DNA from: Leptolyngbyaceae cyanobacterium
GTDB lineage: Bacteria; Cyanobacteriota; Cyanobacteriia; Cyanobacteriales; Aerosakkonemataceae
Assembly: GCA_036703985.1 (NCBI GenBank)
Contig: DATNQN010000123.1
Coordinates: 1-62,815, forward strand
DNA: 62,815 nucleotides
Reading direction: 5' to 3'
The first letter of the stretch is position 1; each line of letters begins with the position of its first letter. This document shows, piece after piece, positions 1-9,763 of this stretch. A model generated the notes under the pieces. It ran no database searches and was not told the origin of the DNA. It saw only the letters and a list, made by a program, of their open reading frames with translations. Made by a program: the position numbers and the translations under genes.

Positions 1-79
1 TGGGGAGATTGGGAGGTGGGGGGATTGGGAGATAGATGAATTAAGTGACTTGGATAATTCTGAATTCTGACTCCTCACT

Positions 80-1501
80 TCATCCTTCATTCTTCAATCC
101 TGATATTTCTTTTGCAGATATCCCTTCATTTTGAGTACCGAAATACCAGAGAGAGGCAGCTGCTTCAGCGCGAGTTACTCCTTTTTTAGGTTGAAATAGG
201 GTAGTGTAGCCAAAAACTCGGCGGATGTTGGCAGTATCGCCATTTTGATAATCGCCTAAAATTGCCCGTAGCGCTTTCGGGTCAATTTTAGTGACATCCT
301 GAAATCCCCAAGTTTGCTTTACCGTTTCCAAACTAGCAGATGATGGCAATTGACGAGTATCTAAAGGTACTTTCCACAGCATCATTTGTTCTCGCGTCAG
401 GGGTGCATCGGGACGAAATAACACTGCGGCGCTATCTCCAGACAGGGGACTGGGAATTAAACCAGCTTCTGCTAATCCTTGAATGGCGGGAAAATCGGGA
501 TTGGTGCGAGAAACATCGGTGAAAGTAGGTTGGTTTGACTCGGTTGCTAAACGGATCTGTTTAGCGGGATTATTAGCATTAATGCGATTGTTGGCAGCAA
601 CTAACCAACGGGCGAATTCTCGCCGGGTAATTGGTTTATTTGGCTCAAATTGAATCCCTGTGGCAGATTCATTTCCTTTGGCGTTTGATGGTTTGACGGT
701 GATGACTCCCAACTGTGCTAAGTCGCTGATGTAGGAACGCAACTCTGGGGGCGCTTTGCTGATATCGGTAAAGGTAGTTGCGGTTGAGGTAGGGGAGTTG
801 GGATTGGTGGTGTTTTCTGCTGCGGGTGTGGGAGTTGCTTGGGTGGTAGGTGTTGGTGTCGCGGAAGTGGTGGGTGTCGGTGTCGCGGAAGCGGTAGTTT
901 CTTGGATGGGTTGTGCTGCTGCGTTAGTGCTATCCCGCAGGTACTCAATGGTAAATTCGGTGGCGGGTTGAGTGGCTGAGGGAGTGGGGCTGGGGTTGCT
1001 AGTATTTGTAGTATTGGTGGAAATGGGCGCGATCGCAACTGTTACCTTTAAGTTATTCCGCCGCGCCTCAAAAGTACCACCGGTTTGATCTGTCGGTTGA
1101 CTTAATATTTCCCAACCGCCAGCTTTTAATTGCTGTTGGTAGTAGCTTTGCACGAAATTCACCGGATCTGAGCTATTCCAGCGAGTCAAGGTAGCTGTAG
1201 CTGAGGTATTCTCAGATTGTGGACTGGTTTGGCTGACTTCCTGTAATTGCGCTTCCGGATAGGTGGGAATTTCCGATGGGAAGTCCGATGGTAAGTTAGC
1301 GGTGGTTGGATTGGGATTATTTTGGTTATTAGTCGGGGTGGCTGACTCTCCGAATGCGATCGGGTTATCTTGTAACTGAGGATCTGCTGCCAAAGATTGT
1401 TCTAAATTCTTAGCGGCTTGAGAATTGACGCATCCACTCAAGGCAGTTAGTACCGCGACAGTCAGAGTTAAAAATATAGTAGGTCGTTTAGAAGGAAACA
1501 C
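80..1501 (-). CDS. SLH-domain (S-layer homology) lipoprotein with Pro/Thr-rich linkers
   Basis: N-terminal lipoprotein-type signal (LTALSGC). C-terminal half has three SLH-like repeats (FTDI..Y...L..GV; ITRREFARWL; FTDV...DF..I..LAEAGL; FRPD..LTREQ). Long PT-rich low-complexity segments. Confidence 0.6.
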   Translation of the reverse strand: MFPSKRPTIFLTLTVAVLTALSGCVNSQAAKNLEQSLAADPQLQDNPIAFGESATPTNNQNNPNPTTANLPSDFPSEIPTYPEAQLQEVSQTSPQSENTSATATLTRWNSSDPVNFVQSYYQQQLKAGGWEILSQPTDQTGGTFEARRNNLKVTVAIAPISTNTTNTSNPSPTPSATQPATEFTIEYLRDSTNAAAQPIQETTASATPTPTTSATPTPTTQATPTPAAENTTNPNSPTSTATTFTDISKAPPELRSYISDLAQLGVITVKPSNAKGNESATGIQFEPNKPITRREFARWLVAANNRINANNPAKQIRLATESNQPTFTDVSRTNPDFPAIQGLAEAGLIPSPLSGDSAAVLFRPDAPLTREQMMLWKVPLDTRQLPSSASLETVKQTWGFQDVTKIDPKALRAILGDYQNGDTANIRRVFGYTTLFQPKKGVTRAEAAASLWYFGTQNEGISAKEISGLKNEG

Positions 1502-1560
1502 AGTTTAGCCAGAAAACATCATCTCCATTCCTACCCTAGCGCAATCAGCGGCAATTGATT

Positions 1561-4482
1561 TTATTGGCAAATCCCCAATAGACTGGCGACTGCTTTTGCT
1601 AGTTCGGCTGGTTCTACTGGTTTGGATAAGTGAAGTTGAAAGCCTACCGAAACTGCTTGTTTGTAATCAGCTTCTCCTGCATAGGCGGTAAGTGCAATGG
1701 CGGGAATTTTTCCTCCTCGTTCTGGTGATAAGTTTCTCACTTGTCGCATTAAAGTGTAGCCGTTCATATTGGGCATTCCAATATCGCTTAACAGTAAATC
1801 TGGGTTAAGTTGGGGTAATAATTTTAGCGCCTCCAAAGCGGAATCGACGGCAGTTACTCGCGCACCATAACGTTCTAGCATAAAAGTGAGAAAGTCTAGG
1901 GTATCTATATCGTCATCTACCACTAAAATGCTGATGCCATTCAGATCGACTGTGCGATCCCATTTGGTTAGATTTTCTCTAACTTGCGATCGTACTGGCA
2001 TCAACGGTAGCAAAAGCGTAAAAGTTGCTCCTTTTCCCTCGCCTGCACTATCTGCTAAAATTTTACCTCCGTGCAGTTCCGCCAAATGGCGCACAATTGC
2101 TAACCCTAAACCTAAACCGCCAAATTTTCTAGTGGTAGTGCTATTTTCTTGACGAAAGTAATCAAATACATAAGGTAAAAAATCCGGACAGATACCTTTT
2201 CCCGTATCTTTAACTTGAATTTTAGCATATTGGAGGATTAACAATTGGCGATCGGTCGAAGCCTTTACTTCATTTTCTTCGCTCGACTGCTCGCTTTCCG
2301 ATAGCAATGACAATTGAATTTCAACTTTGCCTCCTGGTGATGTAAATTTTATCGCATTAGAAAGGAGATTCCAAATGATTTGCTGCAATCGATTTGGGTC
2401 TCCTAAAACCCAAAATTTTTCATTTTTAATAGATAATCGCTCTAATTCATTCCCCAGCATTAATTCTAAGTTACCAATCTCAATTTTTTCATTTTCCATG
2501 AAAAATTGCAAGTCAATTAATTTCGCTTCCGACGCTAAATATACTGTATCGATCGCTGCTTCAATGATAAATTTTAAGTCAACTGGACAAATGTTTAAAC
2601 TGAGCTTTCCTTGTAAAATCCGGGAAACATCTAATAAATCTTCAATCAATTGAGTTTGTAATCGAGCATTGCGTTCGATGGTTTCTAATGCGCGTTGAGT
2701 AGTCGCTCGATCGAATTCATTAGTAAGTAATAATTCCGACCAACCGACGATCGGATTGAGAGGCGATCGCAATTCGTGGGATAGCACTGCTAAAAACTCA
2801 TCTTTTATTCGGTTAGCGGCTTCTGCTTCTTCTCTAGCTGTTCTTTCTCTTTCTAATAAATTGATTCTTTCTTCTTCTTCTTGTTTGCGTTTCGTAATAT
2901 CACCAAAAGAAATCGCTACCCCATCATTTAATTTTACCGTCATATTGCGGAACCAACCGTTAATGCCTTCCGAATTATATGGAATCTCAATATCATGAGG
3001 TATTCCCGTTTCTACCACCTGCACGTATCGATCGAATAATTCGCTGTTAGTTTTATTTCCCGGTAATACTTGGAGAAGATAATGACCGACTAATTCTTCA
3101 ATCGATTTACCTAAAATTTCTGCCGCTTTGGGATTAACGTATTCCCACTCAAAATCAATAATTTTTCCCTCGGCGTTTCGCACGCTTCGCAAAATAGTGA
3201 AAGCATCTAAAGATAGTTCTTGAACGATCCGAAAACGCTCTTCACTTTGTTTAAGTGCTTCGATTGCTTGTTGCCTTTCCGTTACATCTTCAACTAAGGA
3301 AAGCACGGATACCAAGTTGCCAAATTCATCAAATAAAGCGGAGTTATACCAATCGCAATAAATAACCGAACCATGCTTGGTATAGTTACGATTGCGGTGG
3401 ATAATTTGCTTTTCTGTACCGCTGAGTATTTGGTTAACTACATCTTCAATTGCTGCTTGGTCTTCCTTAAACACAAATTGCCAATCATATATATGTTTAC
3501 CCACGACTTCTTCAGCAGACCATCCAAATATTTTTTGAGCTTTTTTCGACCACCAAGTAACTCGCAAATCTCGATCCCATTCTATTACTGCAAGTGGAGT
3601 ATTTTCTACGTGAAAAGTTAGTCGCTGCAATGCACTTTCTAAAGCTTCTCGTGCAAATTTACGTTCGGTGATGTCTTCAGCAAGACCAGCTATGCGGTAA
3701 ATTTTACCAGCATTATCTCGGAGCGGAAAACCGCGATCGCGAATCCACCTTACCGATCCATCCTGATGCAGTATCCGATATTCTTCTTCAAATCCTTCTT
3801 CAAATACCTGTTCTGAAAAAGCTTTTGTTACCCGTTCTTTATCTAGAGGATGAATTGCTTCTAACCATTCTAAAGAGTTATCATATAAACTTTCACAGGA
3901 ACGTCCCCAAATTTGTTGATAAGCAGAACTAACGTAAATTAAATGAGAATTGAGATCTCTAATCCAGAAAACATTATTCTGGATATTTTCTGATAATTGA
4001 CGAAGGCTTTCTTCAGATTTTATCAGTTTAATTTTTATTGGTTTATTCTCGTTAATGTCTTTTTTACTTAACTCCAAGCTTTCATTTTGCAAAGCGAAAG
4101 CCTTTAAGTAAAAAGCAATAATATCGGTTAATATATTGGTAAATTTATAGCCTGTTTTCGTATTGATTAAGATGCCGATAACCCCGCCCAATAACAAATT
4201 CACTGATATAAATAAAAGCAACTGGATGACTAAAGAAGGGAAATTTTCCTTGTCAGGTGATGATAATAAAAAGTGGCTATAACCAATAGCAGCTAATATG
4301 TTAGCCAGCAATGTCGTTCTTGCACTGCCATAAATAGCGCTGACAATGACTGCTAAATAAAACAGTGAGAAAAGATTTGGTACTAAGAATGGCTGGACTA
4401 GCAGGTTTAACAAAAATGCGATCGCAAACGATCCTATTGTTACAATATATGGTTGTAAGATAGTAAGTATTATTTTTAACAT
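1561..4482 (-). CDS. hybrid sensor histidine kinase/response regulator (membrane N-terminus, multiple PAS, HisKA, HATPase, C-terminal REC)
   Basis: Hydrophobic N-terminal ~150 aa. Repeated PAS-like blocks. H-box FLAVLSHELRSPLN. HATPase G-boxes (DTGKGI..GGLGLGLAI). Receiver domain with VDDD...D..MPNMNG..K. Confidence 0.8.
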   Translation of the reverse strand: MLKIILTILQPYIVTIGSFAIAFLLNLLVQPFLVPNLFSLFYLAVIVSAIYGSARTTLLANILAAIGYSHFLLSSPDKENFPSLVIQLLLFISVNLLLGGVIGILINTKTGYKFTNILTDIIAFYLKAFALQNESLELSKKDINENKPIKIKLIKSEESLRQLSENIQNNVFWIRDLNSHLIYVSSAYQQIWGRSCESLYDNSLEWLEAIHPLDKERVTKAFSEQVFEEGFEEEYRILHQDGSVRWIRDRGFPLRDNAGKIYRIAGLAEDITERKFAREALESALQRLTFHVENTPLAVIEWDRDLRVTWWSKKAQKIFGWSAEEVVGKHIYDWQFVFKEDQAAIEDVVNQILSGTEKQIIHRNRNYTKHGSVIYCDWYNSALFDEFGNLVSVLSLVEDVTERQQAIEALKQSEERFRIVQELSLDAFTILRSVRNAEGKIIDFEWEYVNPKAAEILGKSIEELVGHYLLQVLPGNKTNSELFDRYVQVVETGIPHDIEIPYNSEGINGWFRNMTVKLNDGVAISFGDITKRKQEEEERINLLERERTAREEAEAANRIKDEFLAVLSHELRSPLNPIVGWSELLLTNEFDRATTQRALETIERNARLQTQLIEDLLDVSRILQGKLSLNICPVDLKFIIEAAIDTVYLASEAKLIDLQFFMENEKIEIGNLELMLGNELERLSIKNEKFWVLGDPNRLQQIIWNLLSNAIKFTSPGGKVEIQLSLLSESEQSSEENEVKASTDRQLLILQYAKIQVKDTGKGICPDFLPYVFDYFRQENSTTTRKFGGLGLGLAIVRHLAELHGGKILADSAGEGKGATFTLLLPLMPVRSQVRENLTKWDRTVDLNGISILVVDDDIDTLDFLTFMLERYGARVTAVDSALEALKLLPQLNPDLLLSDIGMPNMNGYTLMRQVRNLSPERGGKIPAIALTAYAGEADYKQAVSVGFQLHLSKPVEPAELAKAVASLLGICQ

Positions 4483-4778
4483 AAAAATATTCTTTTATAC
4501 TGAGATAAGGTTATTCAAATGATGAAGTAGTGCAAGTGTTTGTTCTCTTATTATTTGCTCTACGATCGATACTGTATGTCACTAGCTAGGTTTTTTGGTG
4601 ACAATTCATAATTATGTAATAACTTGCATAGTATCGAGCTTACAGAATGGGTATCAAATATTTTTTTCACCATATAATAATCCTGTATTTTATGCCTTAC
4701 GTTCAAAAAACCCGCTTTCTACAGGCTTTTACGGAAGAGGGATCGCGAGCGTCAGTAATGAAAAGAAAAAACTACCAT

Positions 4779-6281
4779 TTAGCGCACGTATTTTTCTAAA
4801 TCTTTAATTTGCGGATCGGGAAACTGTTTAATAATTCGCCACAAAACGATATAACTGCCATCTAAACGACGGTAAACTGGTTGAAAAGCGATCAACAAAT
4901 CAATGCTAGGAGTTTCGAGGAATAGATTGAGATTGCGTTGTTGGTTATTGGTAAGTGGTTCGCCAGTTAGAATAAAATCTGGTAATTTAAATTGAATAGT
5001 GCGGAGTAGATAAGTATGATTTAAAACTACTGGTGCTTCGGTAAGAATAGGTTGGGGTAAACCAAAATTTTGCTGTTTACCAGTGATAAATTTTCTGCGA
5101 TCGACTTGTAAAGCTTCTAATTGGGTTGGGGGAAGATATTCAAGAAAAAAACTTTGGGTGGGCGTGACAAAATTATCTAAAGTACGATCGATATCTTGAA
5201 TAGGAAAATTTCCTAAATCCACTAAAAACCCATAATTTAATTCTCGGTTAGCTAATTGAAAGTTATCGTTGTTAATTTGTAATTCTAATCGAGGAACGAA
5301 CTCATTAACGGGATTGAATAAAGGTGGAAAATCGATGCTTTGTGCAAAATTTTGGATTAAACGATTTCTCAGTATATTTTGTTCCGGGCGGTAGAATTCA
5401 GAGGGCAAAATTTGAGCGATACCAGTGTTTGGTAAAGAGAGAAACTGACGATATGGTTGTGCATTAATTGGATAAATACTGTAATTATTAAATTGATTAA
5501 TATTAGCTAACCGATCCGGTTCGGTAAATTCAGTTCCGTTTGGGAAAAATCGGCGTGCTTGGTTGAGAAATGCTTTGGCAGCTAAGAGGGGGGTAGTTGC
5601 TTGAACGGGCGTTGCGATCGCAGGTGGAAAAGGCGGCTGATAATTAGCTATAGGTTGTTTGGCTGTTCTGCCAATTATGGGTGGTGGTGCTGGTGGTAAA
5701 TCCGGTAACGGTGATAATCTGGGTGTGGCTGGTACGGATAAGTCACCCCGTTCGATTCTGGGAATACCCAAAATGCGATCGCGTCTGATTTCTCCAGTTA
5801 CTAACGGTAGCGGTTCGACTACTTCCGCTATTCCACCTAACATTGCTAAACGCCGATCTAAAATTGGTCGAAGCGAGTCTAATTTTTGAGTAGAAGCGAA
5901 GAGATTGCAGTAAGCTTTGACTTGATTTTCATCCAACGATCCGACAGGGGGAACGCTATCGAATTCGCCGGGAATTACTCCACAAAGAACGCTGGGAATT
6001 TGATAATAGCGTTTGAGTAAGCGATCGACAGCAAAAGTGTGAAGTAATATTTGTCCCCTGACGAGTCTGACTCGGTTGGGATCGGCGCTTACTAACGCTT
6101 GTTCGATCGCAGCAATTAAATTAATTTGGTCTTGTACGAGTTCTTGGGCTGGTGGCCAAAAATCTGGTAATTCCTGGGATGGAAAAAAGTTGGAGGGATT
6201 TTCTACTGCTTTGACTACAGTTGGTGGTAAAAGCAACCCTAACCAGGAAAATAAACTAAGGATTAAAAAGTAGTAACGCAT
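4779..6281 (-). CDS. hypothetical secreted Pro-rich protein
   Basis: 500-aa ORF with cleavable signal peptide (LLLPPTVVKA). Pro-rich central region. No recognisable catalytic motif. Confidence 0.4.
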   Translation of the reverse strand: MRYYFLILSLFSWLGLLLPPTVVKAVENPSNFFPSQELPDFWPPAQELVQDQINLIAAIEQALVSADPNRVRLVRGQILLHTFAVDRLLKRYYQIPSVLCGVIPGEFDSVPPVGSLDENQVKAYCNLFASTQKLDSLRPILDRRLAMLGGIAEVVEPLPLVTGEIRRDRILGIPRIERGDLSVPATPRLSPLPDLPPAPPPIIGRTAKQPIANYQPPFPPAIATPVQATTPLLAAKAFLNQARRFFPNGTEFTEPDRLANINQFNNYSIYPINAQPYRQFLSLPNTGIAQILPSEFYRPEQNILRNRLIQNFAQSIDFPPLFNPVNEFVPRLELQINNDNFQLANRELNYGFLVDLGNFPIQDIDRTLDNFVTPTQSFFLEYLPPTQLEALQVDRRKFITGKQQNFGLPQPILTEAPVVLNHTYLLRTIQFKLPDFILTGEPLTNNQQRNLNLFLETPSIDLLIAFQPVYRRLDGSYIVLWRIIKQFPDPQIKDLEKYVR

Positions 6282-6539
6282 AAGGATGAAGTCTAAAGGA
6301 TGAAGGATGAAGTTTGAAGGATGAAGTTAAAAGAACCAAGTCAAAAGTTAAAAGAACTTGATTTTTACTTTTTGCTTTTGACTTTTGACTTCTTCCCATC
6401 TACCCATTCCTACAAGATTGTTTCTTTTGGTATAGGTAAGAAACATCCAGGGATTGATGTAAGCGATTTGGCAGGACTGCGAAACTAAAAATAACGTTTT
6501 ATTGCTCAGTTTATCATTCTCAGTATAAAGGAAACTGTT

Positions 6540-7079
6540 ATGGCGCTCAGTCGTTATCAGCGTGCTTTTGGCGTAATTCTCCACCGTCGAAATGTTGACG
6601 CGGCTTTTAATGAGTTAGAAGCAGCTGGTTTTCCGATGAATAAGATTTCCGCAGTGGCGAGAGATCCCGAACAGCAAAAGGTTGAACTGCGAGAAGTTAA
6701 AGGTAATAAAGCACAGGATGGAACTACCATCGGCGCGATCGCAGGTGCTACCGTAGGAGGTACGGCTGGGTTAGCTGTGGGACTAGCAACTGCCGCCGCA
6801 CTGCCAGTAGTAGGCCCATTGGTGCTAGTTGGCGCAGCAGCAACCGCTTTGGCGACTACTCTGACTGGTGGAATTATGGGTGCTACCGCAGGTGGCTTAA
6901 TTGGTGCTTTGATTGGTTATGGCATTCCGGAAGAACAAGCAACACTATATCGCGATCGCATATATCAAGGCGATTATCTAATTATGGTGGAAGGATCGGA
7001 GGCTGATATTCGCCAAGCCGAAGCCATCCTCAGCCGTTGGGATATTCAGGAATTTAGGATTTATGACATGACGCGGTGA
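6540..7079 (+). CDS. YflT/general-stress-protein-17M-like protein (Gly/Ala-rich membrane segment)
   Basis: N-terminal RRNVDAAFNELEAAGFP...ISAVARD block resembles the YflT/DUF1269 stress-protein family. Central GxxxG/Ala-rich hydrophobic stretch. Confidence 0.45.
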   Translation: MALSRYQRAFGVILHRRNVDAAFNELEAAGFPMNKISAVARDPEQQKVELREVKGNKAQDGTTIGAIAGATVGGTAGLAVGLATAAALPVVGPLVLVGAAATALATTLTGGIMGATAGGLIGALIGYGIPEEQATLYRDRIYQGDYLIMVEGSEADIRQAEAILSRWDIQEFRIYDMTR

Positions 7080-7189
7080 GGGGAGATGGGGGGATGGGGG
7101 GAAATTTTTTACTTTATCCTTCAGACTTCAGACTTCATCCTTTATCCTTCATCCTTTCCCTACAATAAAGTCAGTCATCGATATCATTA

Positions 7190-8593
7190 TTGATTATGCC
7201 TAGCTCACTCCCGGATGCCAAAAATCTGCTATCGGATTTGATGGCGCGTTATCGTTCTCAAGTTGATTATTTAGCAATTCGCCTGGAAGAAGCAGAAGGA
7301 ACTGATATTTTAATCCGCGCTGATAAAATTGAAACGCTTTCTCAAGGCATTTCGGTGGGCGGACAAGTAAGAGCTTGTTATAAAGGTGGTTGGGGTTTTG
7401 CCAGCTTTAATCAACTTTCCACATTAAAAGAAAGAGTGGAAGAAGCGATCGCAGCGGCTAGGATCGTGGGAGAAGAGGAAACGCTTCTGGCTGCGATCGA
7501 TCCTGTGGTAGATAATTGTAGTTTGCCGTTAACTGGTACAGATCCTCGGCAAATTTCCTTAGCGCAAAAGAAGGCATTGTGCGATCGCTATACTGATATA
7601 CTTCGCAGCGTAGACAGACGCATCACCACCACTTCCGTGCGTTACAGCGACAGTGCCCAGCGAGTCATCCTTTCCACCTCCGAAGGCACTATGCTAGAGC
7701 AATCCTGGGTGGATATGGAAATGCGGTTTGCTGCGACAGCACGTAACGGCGAAACCGTGCAAACTGGCAGAGAAACCACCGGATCTCGCAAAGCTTACGA
7801 AGATTTAACCGATTTAGATACCCAAGTTCGCAGTGCTGCACAACGCGCCGTCGAAGCTTTAGCATTACCGCCAGTCAAAGGCAATACCTACACCGTAGTG
7901 ATCGATCCTATCTTGTCCGGGTTATTCGTTCACGAAGCTTTCGGACATCTTTCCGAAGCAGATATGGCGTATGAAAACCCAGATTTGCTAGAAGTAATGA
8001 CGATCGGGCGGAGATTTGGGCCAAAAGAACTGCAAATTTATGATGGTGCTGCCCCAGCCGGACATCGCGGCAGTTACTTTTATGATGATGAAGGGACACC
8101 CGCGACTACCACCCAATTAATCAAAGATGGAGTTTTAGTCGGCAGATTGCATTCTCGTGAAACTGCTGGCAAACTAGGCGAACAAGCCACCGGAAATGCC
8201 CGTTGCCTCAATTATCATTATCCTCCCATAGTAAGGATGACAAATACTTGGATCGATCGAGGTAACACCCCCGTCAAAGATTTATTTACCGATATCAAAG
8301 AAGGAGTTTATGCTCGTAACTGGTTAGGTGGCATGACGAATGGAGAAATGTTCACCTTTAGCGCCGGTGAAGCTTGGATGATTCGCAACGGAGAAATTGC
8401 CGAACCAGTGCGCGATGTCACCCTTTCCGGTAACGTATTTACCACTTTAGCCGACATCGAAGCGATCGGCGATGATTTCTATTGGGATGAATCAGGCGGT
8501 TGCGGAAAAGGTGGACAAAGCGGTTTACCAGTAGGTTGCGGTGGCCCTTCCTTACGAATTCGTAATATCGTAGTTGGTGGAGAAGCCGCCTAA
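7190..8593 (+). CDS. tldD: TldD-family metalloprotease
   Basis: 467 aa. HEAFGH zinc-binding motif (FVHEAFGHLSEAD). C-terminal GGxCGKGG motif typical of the TldD/PmbA family. Confidence 0.8.
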   Translation: MIMPSSLPDAKNLLSDLMARYRSQVDYLAIRLEEAEGTDILIRADKIETLSQGISVGGQVRACYKGGWGFASFNQLSTLKERVEEAIAAARIVGEEETLLAAIDPVVDNCSLPLTGTDPRQISLAQKKALCDRYTDILRSVDRRITTTSVRYSDSAQRVILSTSEGTMLEQSWVDMEMRFAATARNGETVQTGRETTGSRKAYEDLTDLDTQVRSAAQRAVEALALPPVKGNTYTVVIDPILSGLFVHEAFGHLSEADMAYENPDLLEVMTIGRRFGPKELQIYDGAAPAGHRGSYFYDDEGTPATTTQLIKDGVLVGRLHSRETAGKLGEQATGNARCLNYHYPPIVRMTNTWIDRGNTPVKDLFTDIKEGVYARNWLGGMTNGEMFTFSAGEAWMIRNGEIAEPVRDVTLSGNVFTTLADIEAIGDDFYWDESGGCGKGGQSGLPVGCGGPSLRIRNIVVGGEAA

Positions 8594-8769
8594 TTTTATA
8601 CCATTTCACTTAAGCGCTGTCACTTTTATATTTTGGCAGGGGGCAGGGGGCAGGGGGAAAGATTTGTGACACGGTTAAAGTTAATTGGTATTAGATTTTA
8701 GATTTTAGATTGAATTAACTTCCCAATCTAAAATCTAAAATCATCAAATCATGCCAAAAACAGATAACC

Positions 8770-8936
8770 CATCTGCGTTCATCTGCGTTCATCTGCGTTC
8801 ATCTGCGTTCATCTGCGGACATCTGCGGTAAAAAATCACCAGTAGATAGAAAATCAGTCAATCTAAAACCATCAATCCATGCCAAAAACAGATAACCCAT
8901 CTGTGTTCATCTGTGTTCATCTGTGGTCATCTGTGG
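8770..8936. repeat. STRR-type tandem decamer arrays: (CATCTGCGTT)x6 then, 70 bp later, (CATCTGTGTT/GT)x4 ending in GGTAAAAAA
   Basis: Direct reading at 8770-8829 and 8898-8936. The whole ~85-bp unit (ATCATGCCAAAAACAGATAACCCATCTG...) is itself duplicated in tandem. Confidence 0.75.
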
Positions 8937-9036
8937 TAAAAAAAAATCACCACCTTCCACCTTAGCTATAAATATACTTGTTTGTAGTGAGGACTTCAGT
9001 CCTCCCACCGCTATCAGCTAAGGACTAAAGCTCTTA

Positions 9037-9648
9037 CTACAAACTATGTTTACCAGCATACATAATATTATCCACCTGTTTAAGAAGATTCTCCAAAGTA
9101 GAAGAATTATCCAAAACCACATCAGCCATCTGACATTTTTCCTCAAGTGACATCTGACTATTAATTCTCGCTTCAGCTTGTTCTAAAGTTAACCCATCCC
9201 GATTTATCAATCTATCTAGTTGTTGTTGTTTTTCAGCAAAAACAACCCAAATTTCCGTAACTAAGCAAGTAATTTTTGCTTCAAATAATAAAGGAATAGC
9301 TAATACTGCTGTTGCATTTAAAGGTAATTCGTTAATGGCTTTTTGAAAGCGATCGCGCACGTAAGGATGAATTTGTTGTTCTAGCCAATGACGCTCATTT
9401 GGTTGATTAAAAATAATATTACCCAATTGCTTGCGGTCTAACTTTCCATCAGATATGAGAATATTTTTACCATATCTTTCTACAATTTTATCGAGAATAG
9501 GCGAACCCGGTTCAACTGCCTCGCGAGCATAAATATCGGCATCAAAAATCGGTATATTGTAAGTATTTGCCAGATAATTTGAAACAGTGGTTTTGCCAGT
9601 AGCAATTCCACCTGTTAAACCGATTATATGTTGAGATGATTTATTCAT
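9037..9648 (-). CDS. coaE: dephospho-CoA kinase
   Basis: N-terminal P-loop GLTGGIATGKTTVSNYL. 203 aa. Characteristic CoaE length and motif order. Confidence 0.85.
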   Translation of the reverse strand: MNKSSQHIIGLTGGIATGKTTVSNYLANTYNIPIFDADIYAREAVEPGSPILDKIVERYGKNILISDGKLDRKQLGNIIFNQPNERHWLEQQIHPYVRDRFQKAINELPLNATAVLAIPLLFEAKITCLVTEIWVVFAEKQQQLDRLINRDGLTLEQAEARINSQMSLEEKCQMADVVLDNSSTLENLLKQVDNIMYAGKHSL

Positions 9649-9763
9649 AATTAATTAGTTTATAGCAAATTTGGATAGGTTTAGATACCCGACTTCTTTA
9701 CTGCCTTCCTGCTAGAAGATTATGTATCATTCTTTTTCCCTTCTGCACCCCTGCGGCATCTAA

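Noticed and set aside
718-1038. Pro-rich ORFs on both strands (718-1038 minus, 756-971 plus) inside the SLH-protein gene
   Set aside because: They are embedded in the PT-rich low-complexity linker of the 473-aa ORF and are frame artefacts of its GC-rich repetitive codons.
2327-2998. Plus-strand ORFs inside the 973-aa kinase gene, with echoes at 55085-55321 inside the other kinase gene
   Set aside because: They are antisense artefacts. Their mutual similarity only reflects the nucleotide-level paralogy of the two kinase genes.
8770-8936. Possible CRISPR array suggested by the regularly spaced direct repeats
   Set aside because: Repeat units are 7-10 nt with no unique spacers of 30-40 nt, and there is no leader or cas gene. 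These are STRR tandem repeats typical of heterocystous cyanobacteria.
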